From Candidatus Pacearchaeota archaeon (GTDB lineage: Archaea; Nanobdellota; Nanobdellia; Pacearchaeales; GW2011-AR1), in assembly GCA_027021195.1 (NCBI GenBank), contig JALUUW010000018.1, forward strand, positions 1 to 59,931: a stretch of DNA of 59,931 nt. Direction: 5' to 3'. The position numbers and the translations under genes were made by a program. Below, piece by piece: positions 18,173 to 27,994 of this stretch. The first letter of the stretch is position 1, and every line of letters begins with the position of its first letter. Below the pieces are notes generated by a model. The model did no database searches. It was given only the letters and a program-made list of their open reading frames with translations, and was not told the DNA's origin.

Positions 18173-18829
18173 TCATCTCCTCTTTTCAACATTCCTTTTC
18201 TTGCAGTATTCTTCCACAGGGCATCTGCTGCACCATGGAGAAATCGGGTGGCATATTGTTTGCCCGAACTGGACAAAGATAGCATTGAATTCGTTCCAGT
18301 ATTTTTTTGGAAGTATTTTTTCCAGTTCAGCTTCTGTCTGCTCAGGAGTTTTAGTCTTAATCCATCCCAACCTGTTAGGAATTCTGTGACAGTGGGTGTC
18401 AATAGGAAGAACATTTTTATTAAAAGCAAAAGCCAGGACAATATTCGCTGTTTTCGGGCCAATGCCTTTTATGCTCAAAAGCTCCTCTTTTGTTTCAGGG
18501 ACTTTTCTGTTGAATCTTTCCAAAATTTCCTTTGAAACATGCTTCAAGGTTCTGGCTTTTTTCTTGTAATGCCCAGAAGAAAAAATTAATTTTTCAAGCC
18601 TTTTTACAGGAAGCCTTACAATCTTTTCAGGAGTGTCTGCAACAGCAAAGAGCTTTTTTGAAGCTGTTTCAGTGTTTTTGTCCTGGGTTCTTAAGCTTAG
18701 CAGGCAGGAAATTAAAATCTTAAATGCATCAGGCTTTTTCCTCATACGATTTAGAGTTGTTTTTTCATTTGATGGATACTCTTTAATGAGAATCTTCATG
18801 GTCTTTTCTATGTTTTTTGGTTTTCGCAT
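18173..18829 (-). CDS. nth: Endonuclease III (HhH-GPD DNA glycosylase/AP lyase)
   Basis: HhH IKGIGPKTANIV and the C-terminal 4Fe-4S cluster CHPISPWCSRCPVEEYC. Confidence 0.9.
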   Translation of the reverse strand: MRKPKNIEKTMKILIKEYPSNEKTTLNRMRKKPDAFKILISCLLSLRTQDKNTETASKKLFAVADTPEKIVRLPVKRLEKLIFSSGHYKKKARTLKHVSKEILERFNRKVPETKEELLSIKGIGPKTANIVLAFAFNKNVLPIDTHCHRIPNRLGWIKTKTPEQTEAELEKILPKKYWNEFNAIFVQFGQTICHPISPWCSRCPVEEYCKKRNVEKRR

Positions 18830-18907
18830 ATATTTTGCAGGAGATAAATGCTTATAAATTTTAATTATTCTTGAAATTCATGGCAGAGAATTAATTGCCT
18901 GATTCTT

Positions 18908-20854
18908 TCAATTCCCCCAGACAATCTTTCTTATTTTCTCAACAGATTGAGGGTTGACAAGGGTCATCAGGCCTTTCGGCTCTTCTTTATTGAGAATGTT
19001 TTTTAAAATTCTCCTCATTATTTTTCCTGAACGTGTTTTTGGAAGATCTTCAACAAAATATACTCTTGCAGGCCTTGATGTCGGCCCTAACTTTTTATCA
19101 ACATGCTTTTTGATTTGTTTTTCCAAATCAGCGGCATTGTCTACAGGCTCTTTGGACTTTAACACAACAAAAGCAACAGGAACCTGCCCCCTAATTTTGT
19201 CAGGAATCGGAACAACTGCAGACTCATTTACAATCTTGCTGTCATCTATTGCATTTTCAAGTTCGGCTGTTGCCAGCCGGTGTCCTGCAACCTTCATCAC
19301 ATCATCTGTTCTTCCGGTTATCCTTAAAAGCCCTTTATACCAATAAGCCCCGTCACTCGTATCATAATATTTGTTGTTGAATTTCTTCCAATAGGTTTTT
19401 ACATATTTCTTGTGATTTTTGTAAACTCCATGCAAAAGTCCTGGAGCAAAAGGGCTTTCCTGAACTAAAAATCCTGTTTTTCCTTTTTTCACTGGCTTTC
19501 CAGAATCATCAAGTATTAAGTGGCTTGTTCCTGGAAAACTCCTTCCTGCAACTGTGGGTATGAATGGGCCAATTCCAGGAAGAACATTAATCAAAGTCCC
19601 TCCTGTTTCTGTCTGCCACCAAGTGTCAATTATCGGGCATCTTCCCTTTCCTATATTCTTCAAATACCATTCCCACGCCTCTTCATCTATTGGCTCCCCA
19701 ACACTTCCAAGTATTTTCAGGCTGTTTAATTTATGCTTTTTTACCCACTTTTCTCCTGCTTTCATGAACATCCTTATTGCTGTCGGAGCTGTGTAAAAAA
19801 CACTTACATCGAACTCCTCGATTATTTTCCACCATCTGTCAGGTCTTGGGAAATCAGGAGTTCCTTCGTAGATTAGAGTTGTAGAGCCGTTTAACAAAGG
19901 CCCATAAGTGGCATATGTATGCCCGGTTATCCACCCGATGTCTGCAGTGCACCACATTACATCCTTATCTCTAAGATTAAAATTCCATTTTGTTGTCCAA
20001 TAGGCCTGAGTTGCATATCCTCCAGTATCATGGATTATCCCTTTTGGTTTTCCTGTTGTTCCTGATGTATAAAGGATAAACATTATATCTTCTGAATTTA
20101 CTGTCTGAGGATGGCAGTAATCAGGGGCATCTTTCATGAGTTTCTCAAATGAAAGGAATTTTCCAGAATACTTTCTGTTTTTATTAAGCCTTGAAACCAT
20201 AACAACTTTTTTTACACGGGTTCCTTTTATTGCCTTTTTTGCTTTTTCAAACAGATCTTCTTTCTTGCCGCGCCTGTAATATCCGTCAGCAGATATCAGG
20301 ACTTTTGCCTTCCCGTCTTTTAGTCTTGCTTTAAGGGCATCAGCTGAAAATGCTGAAAAAACAACGCTGTGTATTGCCCCTATCCTCGTGCAGGCAAGCA
20401 TGGCTATTGACGCTTCAGGTATAAGCGGAAGATAAATTCCAACAACATCCCCTTTTTTTACTCCAAGGCTTTTAAGAACATTTGCAAACTTATTGACTTT
20501 TTTGTAGAGCTCCTTATAAGTCAGTTTCACAGGCTTTTCATCCAACGGTTCCGGGACCCATATAACTGCGTCCTTGTCTGCCCTGTCATCCAGATGCCTG
20601 TCAAGGCAGTTTACAGAAAAGTTTAGCTTTCCTCCCTTAAACCACCAGAAATAAGGCCTTTTCTCAACATAAGCATTTTTATCCTCCCACTTCTTTTCCC
20701 ACAATAGCCCTGTTTCAGCAAGATTGGACCAGAATTTCACAGGGTCTTTTGCAGCCTCTTTGTATATCTCTTCTGAATTTACATAGGCAATTTCTTTCAT
20801 AGCCTTAGACGGCCAATAAACTCCGGATTTCTTAACAATATATTTTTCAGGCAT
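18908..20854 (-). CDS. acs: Acetyl-CoA synthetase (AMP-forming)
   Basis: YTSGTTGKPKG and TRSGKIMRR motifs. The start is placed at MPEKY (20854), which abuts the upstream CYTH stop codon; the track start at 20938 would overlap that gene. Confidence 0.9.
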   Translation of the reverse strand: MPEKYIVKKSGVYWPSKAMKEIAYVNSEEIYKEAAKDPVKFWSNLAETGLLWEKKWEDKNAYVEKRPYFWWFKGGKLNFSVNCLDRHLDDRADKDAVIWVPEPLDEKPVKLTYKELYKKVNKFANVLKSLGVKKGDVVGIYLPLIPEASIAMLACTRIGAIHSVVFSAFSADALKARLKDGKAKVLISADGYYRRGKKEDLFEKAKKAIKGTRVKKVVMVSRLNKNRKYSGKFLSFEKLMKDAPDYCHPQTVNSEDIMFILYTSGTTGKPKGIIHDTGGYATQAYWTTKWNFNLRDKDVMWCTADIGWITGHTYATYGPLLNGSTTLIYEGTPDFPRPDRWWKIIEEFDVSVFYTAPTAIRMFMKAGEKWVKKHKLNSLKILGSVGEPIDEEAWEWYLKNIGKGRCPIIDTWWQTETGGTLINVLPGIGPFIPTVAGRSFPGTSHLILDDSGKPVKKGKTGFLVQESPFAPGLLHGVYKNHKKYVKTYWKKFNNKYYDTSDGAYWYKGLLRITGRTDDVMKVAGHRLATAELENAIDDSKIVNESAVVPIPDKIRGQVPVAFVVLKSKEPVDNAADLEKQIKKHVDKKLGPTSRPARVYFVEDLPKTRSGKIMRRILKNILNKEEPKGLMTLVNPQSVEKIRKIVWGN

Positions 20855-20855
20855 T

Positions 20856-21518
20856 TTACTTAAAACCGTTATCAATAAATCTCCTTTTTTCTTTAGTTCC
20901 TTTGTACCACAGCATTTTTGTGTATCCAGTATTGTCAATCTGGTATGGCTGTATGTCCAGAATTTTCAGCACCTCGCGGATTCTTCTTCTTGCTTTTTCC
21001 AGCTCGTGTCTTTTGCAAAGATATTCAATTTCCATAAAATAACCGAGATGTTTTACCTTGTTTATTTCAATAGAAAGCCGTTTGTCTTTTTTGTATTTGT
21101 AGGTTTCATTCTCCTTGATTTTTTTAATCCACTCCTCAAAGCCAAGATCCTCAAATAATGCCAGCAGATCTTTAACTTCTTCAGCCCCTTTCAGCTTAAA
21201 TTCATATTCTTGCTTTACAACAATGTCCTTTGTCCACAGTTTTGTAAGCCATTTTTTGAAGTTAACTTCAAACTCGTCTTTCATAGCCCTGATTCTAAAG
21301 GCCTTTTTTGGATAAGCATTTCTCCTGAATCTTCCTTTAATTGCAAAATAATCATCTTCCTTTTTTCCACTTTTCTCAAATTTTGCTATCTTCTTAATTT
21401 TCTCTCTTAATGCAGGGACTTCAGAATCATCAAGCTTAACTTTTGTTTCAACTTCCAGCCACACCATTTTATCACACTCTTTTTCTTTTTCAGATGTGAT
21501 AGAGGTATATTTTTTCAT
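20856..21518 (-). CDS. CYTH-domain protein (class IV adenylate cyclase / triphosphatase-like)
   Basis: ExExK motif in LEVETKVKL and C-terminal GYFMEIE. The alternative start MVWLEVE at 21467 is possible. Confidence 0.75.
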   Translation of the reverse strand: MKKYTSITSEKEKECDKMVWLEVETKVKLDDSEVPALREKIKKIAKFEKSGKKEDDYFAIKGRFRRNAYPKKAFRIRAMKDEFEVNFKKWLTKLWTKDIVVKQEYEFKLKGAEEVKDLLALFEDLGFEEWIKKIKENETYKYKKDKRLSIEINKVKHLGYFMEIEYLCKRHELEKARRRIREVLKILDIQPYQIDNTGYTKMLWYKGTKEKRRFIDNGFK

Positions 21519-21933
21519 TTAAATAGTTTTTCTATGTAATGTTAAGCCAGCTTCATAATTGTGTATAAGTGCATAGTGCACAGGGGTTTATTGTGCACCG
21601 GCAGAGCCTCTTGTTGCATTATTATTCTAATTATCAGAATTGTCTATAAATACTGTTAACAACAAATCCGCGCTTTGCTTTATAAAATCCATGTCTGCTA
21701 ACATATGCTGTTAAAAGAAGTTTTTGTGTTAGCAAAAAATTGGACAGAGAAACATGCAAGGTTGCGAAGTCTTTTAATGGCTGTTATATTCTCCTGACCA
21801 ACAGGAAGGATTGATTTTTATGCAATGTTCTGTAGCTAAGGGAGGAAAAACCCAAAGTCGTTGGGACTATATTTTTCAAATAAGGGGATGGATTACAATA
21901 ATATTTATAAAATCCTGATTAATACCTATTTAC

Positions 21934-22434
21934 ATGACATTATTATCAGAAGTAAAATATGAAACAAGCATAAGGGAACTGAAAGAGATATCTCCTAATT
22001 CGGTACTTTCGATGTTGAGAGATGTACAAGCTGATATCAGCAGAGTATATCCTTCTTTTGTAGATGCTGACTTAACAAAAGTTTTAGCAGTTATTGAAAC
22101 AGGAAAATATGAAGTTAATGGAAAAGATATTTCAATCTGTATTGATTTATCATCTGCGAAAAGCGTTATTCATGCTTACAGAGAATCTTCTGAAGGGGGA
22201 TGCCAATCCTGTGTAAAACTTGGAAGAGAGACTATTGATGCACAAGATGCAACATCAGGATTGTATTGTCAAGAATCTGACCCAGATTATGATGCTAATA
22301 CAATAGGTGATAGACCTAGAGTCAGATATAAAGGATTTTCTCCAAAAGTAAGAAAGTATTATGATATGCCATGTAATGACTGGAAACCAAGATTTTCTCC
22401 AAAGCTCGAAGAGCTTATTGGTAAGGAACAATAA
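21934..22434 (+). CDS. Hypothetical Cys-containing protein (166 aa)
   Basis: Clean ORF after a 415-nt non-coding gap. No motif recognised. Confidence 0.45.
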   Translation: MTLLSEVKYETSIRELKEISPNSVLSMLRDVQADISRVYPSFVDADLTKVLAVIETGKYEVNGKDISICIDLSSAKSVIHAYRESSEGGCQSCVKLGRETIDAQDATSGLYCQESDPDYDANTIGDRPRVRYKGFSPKVRKYYDMPCNDWKPRFSPKLEELIGKEQ

Positions 22435-22545
22435 GGTGAGCCAGTCCCAAAATATTAATTCTCCAAACGATTGAAACTAACAGGCCTTATCCTGCTAAAA
22501 GGTAAAGCTTTATAATTAAAGATGTTTTATTAAAAATAAAAGAGG

Positions 22546-23724
22546 ATGGCAAACATTTTCCTGTTTTTAGGGATTGCATTTTTACTGACTTTTTTGATAG
22601 GAAGAGTGCTTGAAAAAATAAGAGTTCCATGGATTTTTGCTGCTCTTCTGATAGGCTCTTTTTTGTCAGTATACAACCCATTTGAGCCAGTAACCTCTTC
22701 CCCTGCATTTGAATTTATGGCAACACTCGGAATGTATCTTCTCCTTTTTATTATCGGATTTGAGATAAATCTTAGAGAAATAAAAAAAAGCAGCAGATTT
22801 ATACTCAAGGCAACGTTTTTCATTATTTTTCTTGAGGCGGTATTTGGCTCTTTGCTGATTCGTTTTGTTTTTGAGTATTCCTGGCTTGTTTCTTTTCTGA
22901 TTGCACTATCTTTTGCGACTATTGGAGAGGCTATTCTTGTTCCAATCCTTGATGAATTTAAGATAATAAATACAAAACTTGGACAGAGCATAATCGGAAT
23001 CGGGACTATTGATGATATAATAGAGATAATTCTCCTGATTCTGATAGGAGTCTTAATCGGCACAAAATCTTTTTCCTACTTCAATATTTTCATAACCTTC
23101 AGCATTATAGGAGTGCTGTTTCTTTTAGCAGTAGGATTCAGAAAACTGAAAGAGCATGAAGGAGAGTTTAAATTCCTGCCTATTGAGAATCTGTTCCTTC
23201 TTATTCTTTTTGTTTTGTTTTTGTTCCTCGGAATAGGAGAGTTTGCTCATGTCTCCCCAATAGCAGCCCTTCTTGCGGGAGTTGCCCTTAATACATTTAT
23301 TCCTGACAGCAGGATGGGAAAAGTTAAAACAAGTGTAAAGACTTTTTGCTATGGGTTTTTTGTTCCAATATTCTTCCTGTGGATAGGCTCAGAAATGGAC
23401 CTTAACTATCTTATTAAATCTCCCTTGCTTGTTTTTGCAATTGTGGCTGTTTCAAGCAGCGCCAAGATTCTTGGGAGCTACATTATTGGGAAAAAAGAAC
23501 TTGGATCAAAAAAATCCATTCTTCTTGGAACAGGGCTCTCTGTAAGGTTCAGTACAGGAATAGTTATAATAAAAATACTGTTAGAAAATAATTTAATAAC
23601 TACTGAGATTTATTCTGTTATTCTTGCATCAACAATAATATTTACCTTTCTTGTTCCTTTATTGTTCTCAAATCTCATTGTCAGATGGATGAAGAACCGA
23701 AAAGTATCACAAACCGGCAGATAA
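22546..23724 (+). CDS. Cation:proton antiporter (CPA2/Kef-type membrane domain)
   Basis: 392 aa, about 11-12 TM helices, Na+/H+ exchanger-like sequence pattern. Confidence 0.75.
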   Translation: MANIFLFLGIAFLLTFLIGRVLEKIRVPWIFAALLIGSFLSVYNPFEPVTSSPAFEFMATLGMYLLLFIIGFEINLREIKKSSRFILKATFFIIFLEAVFGSLLIRFVFEYSWLVSFLIALSFATIGEAILVPILDEFKIINTKLGQSIIGIGTIDDIIEIILLILIGVLIGTKSFSYFNIFITFSIIGVLFLLAVGFRKLKEHEGEFKFLPIENLFLLILFVLFLFLGIGEFAHVSPIAALLAGVALNTFIPDSRMGKVKTSVKTFCYGFFVPIFFLWIGSEMDLNYLIKSPLLVFAIVAVSSSAKILGSYIIGKKELGSKKSILLGTGLSVRFSTGIVIIKILLENNLITTEIYSVILASTIIFTFLVPLLFSNLIVRWMKNRKVSQTGR

Positions 23725-23756
23725 AAGATGTCTTGACAGGAGACCATCTTACAAAT

Positions 23757-26354
23757 ATGAAACCTAAAATGGAAAATAAAAAAGGGCTGACAGAAAAAGA
23801 GGCAGAAAGGCGTTTAAAAAAATACGGGAAAAACAAAATAACAAAAACACATAAAATAAATCCATGGAAAATACTCATATCGCAATTTACCTCTCCTTTA
23901 ATAGCTCTCCTGATAGCAGTAGCTATTATTTCATGGGCAATAGGATTTCTTCCGGGAGAGGAATCAAAAATCATTGATACTTTCCTGATTTTATTGATAG
24001 TTTTTATCTCTGGAATCTCTGGATTTTTTCAGGAGTACAAATCCGAAAAAGCAATAGAAGAGCTGCAGAAAATGGCTGTCCCCAAGGCAAGAGTAATAAG
24101 GGAGGGCAAGGATAGAATAATTAATGCCGAGGATATAGTTGAGGGTGATTTAATAGTTCTTGAAGAAGGAGAGATGATTCCTGCAGATGCAAAAGTTATT
24201 AAAAGCTTTGGTTTGATGGTTGACGAGTCAGCTCTAACAGGAGAATCAAAACCTGTTAGAAAAGACACATCAGACTACGTGTTTATGAATACTTTTGTAA
24301 ATACAGGAAGCGCAAGGGCTTTTGTTACAAAAACAGGGATGCAAACAAAAATAGGCAATATAGCGGGAAAGCTTCAATCAATAAAAGAGGAAAAAACACC
24401 TTTTCAAAAAGAACTCTCAATATTAAGCAAAAAGGTCTTCTGGACAATACTTGCAGTGGCTTTCCTCTTATTCTTCATTGGCCTTTCTAAATACGGCATG
24501 TATCACTCCCTGCTTCTGTCTGTATCTCTTGCTGTTGCGGCAATTCCAGAAGGCCTTCCAGCAGTAATAGCACTAACCCTGTCAATAGGGGCAAAAACAA
24601 TGGCAAGAAAAAACGCCCTTATAAGAAAGCTCTCTGTAACAGAGTCTATAGGAGCAATAGACATCATCTGCACAGATAAGACAGGAACACTGACAAAAAA
24701 CGAAATGAATGTTACAAAACTGTTTCTTAACAACACTGAAATTGATGCAGATGAGCTATGCAAAAATAAAACAAAAGCACCTGAAAAAAATTTTAGAGAA
24801 ATCAGGAGAATGTTCTTATGCGGAGCGCTTTGCAATAATTCAGAAATTGTTTATGATGAAGGCAAAAACAGAAAATATACAGGAGACCCTACTGAAATTG
24901 CAATAAGAAAAATGTCTGAAAAATGCGGAATGGAGAAGGAAAAACTTGAAAAAGAATACAAAAGAATCAGCGAGATTCCATTTACACCAAAAAGAAAAAT
25001 GATGAGTGTAATATGCAAAAGGGAGTCAGAATACTTTATTTTCTCAAAAGGGGCTGCAGAAGTTCTCTTGGAAAAATGCTCTGAAATTTACATAAAAGGG
25101 AAAGCAGTAAAGATTACATCTTCCATAAAAAAACAGATTCTTGAGAAAAACACTGAATTTGCATCAAAAGAGCTGAGGGTTTTGGGATTTGCGTACAGGC
25201 ATCTTAAAAATCCCAAAGAGGTTAGAGAATTAAAAAATATGGAAAAAGATATTGAAAAAAACCTCGTATGGATCGGTCTTGAAGCAATGACAGACCCTCC
25301 AAGAAAAGAAGTTAAAAAAGCCATTAAAGAATGCAGGAATGCAGGAATAAGAGTTATTATGCTTACCGGAGATAATCCTTTAACAGCATCTGCAATTGCC
25401 AGAGAAATAGGTTTGAAAAGCAAAAAAGTCATAACCGGAAAAGAGCTTGATAAAATGGAGGATGGAAAGCTTAAGGAAGAGCTGCATTCAGGAACAAACA
25501 TCTTTGCAAGAATTTCCCCTTTTCATAAGCTTCGCGTTCTTGAAATTTTGCAGAAAAATAACAGGGTTGCAATGACAGGAGATGGAATTAATGATTCTCT
25601 TGCCCTGAAAAAAGCAGATGTAGGAATAGCTATGGGAATCATGGGGACTGAAGTTGCAAAAGAGGCAAGCCATATGATTCTGCTTGACGATAATTTTGAC
25701 ACCATAAGGATTGCTGTTAAAGAAGGGAGAAGAATATTTGACAACATAAGAAAGTTCATCAACTATCTTTTTGTTTCTAATCTCGCTGAAGTGGGTGTTT
25801 TGCTTTTCGCTACTTTGTTTTTAACTCTTAAAGAGCCGGTCCTTCTGCCAATACACCTTTTATGGATAAATCTCCTCACAGACGGATTTCCAGCACTTGC
25901 ACTCGGAGTTGATCCAGCGAAACAAGACATTATGAGAAAGCCTCCGCGAAAAAAGGATGAGCCAATAATAGACAGGAAACTTGGGTGGATGATCTGGCTT
26001 ATAGGAATTAAAAAGATGATAATACTTCTTGCAACTTTTTTTATTGTTTTGCCCCTTGGATTTGAAAAAGCGCGGACAGTGTTATTTACAGGATTTATTC
26101 TTTATGAATTTGTCAGAATAGGAAGCATAAGGCATCAGGAAAAATTAAGCTGGATGTCAAACAAATGGCTTCTCAGCGCACTTCTTTTTTCACTTTTTTT
26201 GCAATTAGCGATTATCTATTCCCCCCTAAATGGATTCTTTCATATAGCTCCATTGGGAATGTATGAGTGGGTTGTGCTTTTTTTTGGAATAGCTGTTGGC
26301 TACAGCACTGCAATTATGATAACTAAGGCTGTTATGAAGTATGTCAAAGATTAA
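23757..26354 (+). CDS. P-type ATPase, P2 (Ca2+/cation-transporting) type
   Basis: CTDKTGTLT phosphorylation site, PEGLPAV in M4, TGDGINDS hinge. The start is placed at the first ATG after the antiporter stop. Confidence 0.9.
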   Translation: MKPKMENKKGLTEKEAERRLKKYGKNKITKTHKINPWKILISQFTSPLIALLIAVAIISWAIGFLPGEESKIIDTFLILLIVFISGISGFFQEYKSEKAIEELQKMAVPKARVIREGKDRIINAEDIVEGDLIVLEEGEMIPADAKVIKSFGLMVDESALTGESKPVRKDTSDYVFMNTFVNTGSARAFVTKTGMQTKIGNIAGKLQSIKEEKTPFQKELSILSKKVFWTILAVAFLLFFIGLSKYGMYHSLLLSVSLAVAAIPEGLPAVIALTLSIGAKTMARKNALIRKLSVTESIGAIDIICTDKTGTLTKNEMNVTKLFLNNTEIDADELCKNKTKAPEKNFREIRRMFLCGALCNNSEIVYDEGKNRKYTGDPTEIAIRKMSEKCGMEKEKLEKEYKRISEIPFTPKRKMMSVICKRESEYFIFSKGAAEVLLEKCSEIYIKGKAVKITSSIKKQILEKNTEFASKELRVLGFAYRHLKNPKEVRELKNMEKDIEKNLVWIGLEAMTDPPRKEVKKAIKECRNAGIRVIMLTGDNPLTASAIAREIGLKSKKVITGKELDKMEDGKLKEELHSGTNIFARISPFHKLRVLEILQKNNRVAMTGDGINDSLALKKADVGIAMGIMGTEVAKEASHMILLDDNFDTIRIAVKEGRRIFDNIRKFINYLFVSNLAEVGVLLFATLFLTLKEPVLLPIHLLWINLLTDGFPALALGVDPAKQDIMRKPPRKKDEPIIDRKLGWMIWLIGIKKMIILLATFFIVLPLGFEKARTVLFTGFILYEFVRIGSIRHQEKLSWMSNKWLLSALLFSLFLQLAIIYSPLNGFFHIAPLGMYEWVVLFFGIAVGYSTAIMITKAVMKYVKD

Positions 26355-26541
26355 AAGCCACGACAGAGAGCTGAATTTGTCTCTTTTCTCTTTAGGCACC
26401 CCAAGACAGGGCATCAAAATCTCTAATGGCCTTCATGAAAGGAGGTATCTTTTGTCTTTTCCCCTGCTTGTATGAATTTGATCTTTATTATTGTTTTGAT
26501 GAGAGGTCGTTGGAGTTTATTTATTTTTTATGTTTTGCTTT

Positions 26542-27357
26542 TTAGTTTTCAAAAGCACTTTTATACTTAACAAGATACTTTCTGACCAAATCTAAATCCA
26601 GTTTATCATTTATTCTTACTCCGCTCTCAATATCAACACTAATTCTATTAGGAAAAAATGAGTTTAAAGTTTTTGTTAATCTTTCAACATTGGCCGGCTT
26701 TATTCCTCCTGCATATACTAATCCAATATTGTCTAAATCTCTTGTTGCTACAATTTCTTTTCCAAATCTTATAGCTAAACTATTTTCACCTAAATCCAAA
26801 TCCAGGTTTGTTCCATGGCTTGGGTCAAACATTATATAGTCAATAAAATCTTTCCTCTCATAAACCTGATTAACCAAAGGCATGGCTTCTCCATTCTTGA
26901 CATCCTGAACATCCTCTCCTTTCCAAACTGCATACCCTCCTTGAGGAGATTGCTTATTCGAAACAGCTACCTTGAATATTACTTTAAATCCCATTTCATT
27001 GACACTCTTTAATACCTCTAGTGAAGGAGGCAGGGTATTGAACTGAAGTAAGGCTGAAGAAGGCTCTACGCCAGCGTCAATAATTCTTTCCAAATCTCCA
27101 ATAATTGTTTTGTTATTTTTAGTATAATAATGAATAGCAGTTATTAGCCCATATTCTCTTGTTTCCCTATCTAACTCTCCTAATTCTGCAAATCTTGGTT
27201 GTCTTGAATTTTGAGTTAATTGATTAATGCTTTTATTTGATACCTGGTATCCTATAACTACTGGAAAATGGAAATTTTCACCTTTACAAATCCTTTTTAT
27301 CCCTGCCAATTGCTTTCTGTCAGAAATTCCGCTTACTGAAACAAAATTTTCCGGCAT
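26542..27357 (-). CDS. TIM-barrel protein resembling phosphoribosylanthranilate isomerase (TrpF-like)
   Basis: The C-terminal LVYAGGIKPANV...ISVDIESGV parallels the PRAI pattern LSGGLNPENV...VDVSSGVE. The N-terminal VSVSGISDRKQ parallels VKICGIT. Confidence 0.5.
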   Translation of the reverse strand: MPENFVSVSGISDRKQLAGIKRICKGENFHFPVVIGYQVSNKSINQLTQNSRQPRFAELGELDRETREYGLITAIHYYTKNNKTIIGDLERIIDAGVEPSSALLQFNTLPPSLEVLKSVNEMGFKVIFKVAVSNKQSPQGGYAVWKGEDVQDVKNGEAMPLVNQVYERKDFIDYIMFDPSHGTNLDLDLGENSLAIRFGKEIVATRDLDNIGLVYAGGIKPANVERLTKTLNSFFPNRISVDIESGVRINDKLDLDLVRKYLVKYKSAFEN

Positions 27358-27498
27358 TAAAGCAAATATATCCTGATATTTATAAGAATTTAGATAATCA
27401 ACAGATTGTTTCCATTTAATTTTTGCTCACACTCTCTCAAGGATATGGTAATTTCTCTTTCAACGCCTCCTGCAGGAAACAGCGTTTTTAAGTATGAA

Positions 27499-27570
27499 CG
27501 CCCCAGCCGGGAGTCGAACCCGGGTTACCTGCGCGACAGGCAAGTGTCATAGCCGTTAGACCACTGAGGC
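27499..27570 (-). tRNA. tRNA-Asp (anticodon GUC)
   Basis: Acceptor GCCTCAG/CTGGGGC, anticodon stem CTTGC/GCAGG with loop CTGTCGC, T arm CCGGG-TTCGACT-CCCGG. Confidence 0.85.
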
Positions 27571-27658
27571 ATCTAATCACAAAAAATTATTGTGAAAATT
27601 CATTTTTAAATTTTGCCATGAAAGCAAAATATCTTAAAAAATAAATAAGGAAATAATG

Positions 27659-27952
27659 CTAAAGCAGCCTGTTGTATATCCAGGCAAACAAAAATGTCAA
27701 TAGAAATCCGTCAATAAAACTGTAAAATGCCCCTAAGACTGCTCCAAAAAAGCTTATCTTGTATCCGACGAATCCATATATGTCAAGAAGTATCTTTGTG
27801 TAGGCAGGAGCGTATCCTCCTGTTGCCGCAAGAGTTGTGAAAAACACGCATAATGCCGCTACGATTCCTCCAGCCATTCCAAACTTCACAGCATTGAGTT
27901 TCGCATACTTTAATCCAACAACCCTTTTTGAAACAGACTTCTTTCCAGCCAT
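27659..27952 (-). CDS. Small membrane protein (97 aa, 3 TM)
   Basis: Basic N-terminus followed by Gly/Ala-rich TM helices. Confidence 0.5.
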   Translation of the reverse strand: MAGKKSVSKRVVGLKYAKLNAVKFGMAGGIVAALCVFFTTLAATGGYAPAYTKILLDIYGFVGYKISFFGAVLGAFYSFIDGFLLTFLFAWIYNRLL

Positions 27953-27994
27953 TTAACCTCCTTTTTCTTTTAAATAATCAAAAAACCATTGTAT

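Noticed and set aside
20855-20938. Upstream extension of the acetyl-CoA synthetase ORF (track start at 20938).
   Set aside because: It would overlap the 3' end of the CYTH gene by about 80 nt. The internal ATG at 20854 abuts the CYTH stop codon, and the conserved ACS sequence begins after it.
24542-24565. A 24-nt stretch identical between the two P-type ATPase genes (24542-24565 and 43428-43451, AATTCCAGAAGGCCTTCCAGCAGT), and a second ~17-nt identity at the GIMGT motif.
   Set aside because: Both fall on the most conserved catalytic motifs (IPEGLPAV, MGIMGT) of paralogs. They are short, in frame, and not flanked by further identity. Motif conservation explains them better than a mobile repeat does, although local gene conversion cannot be excluded.
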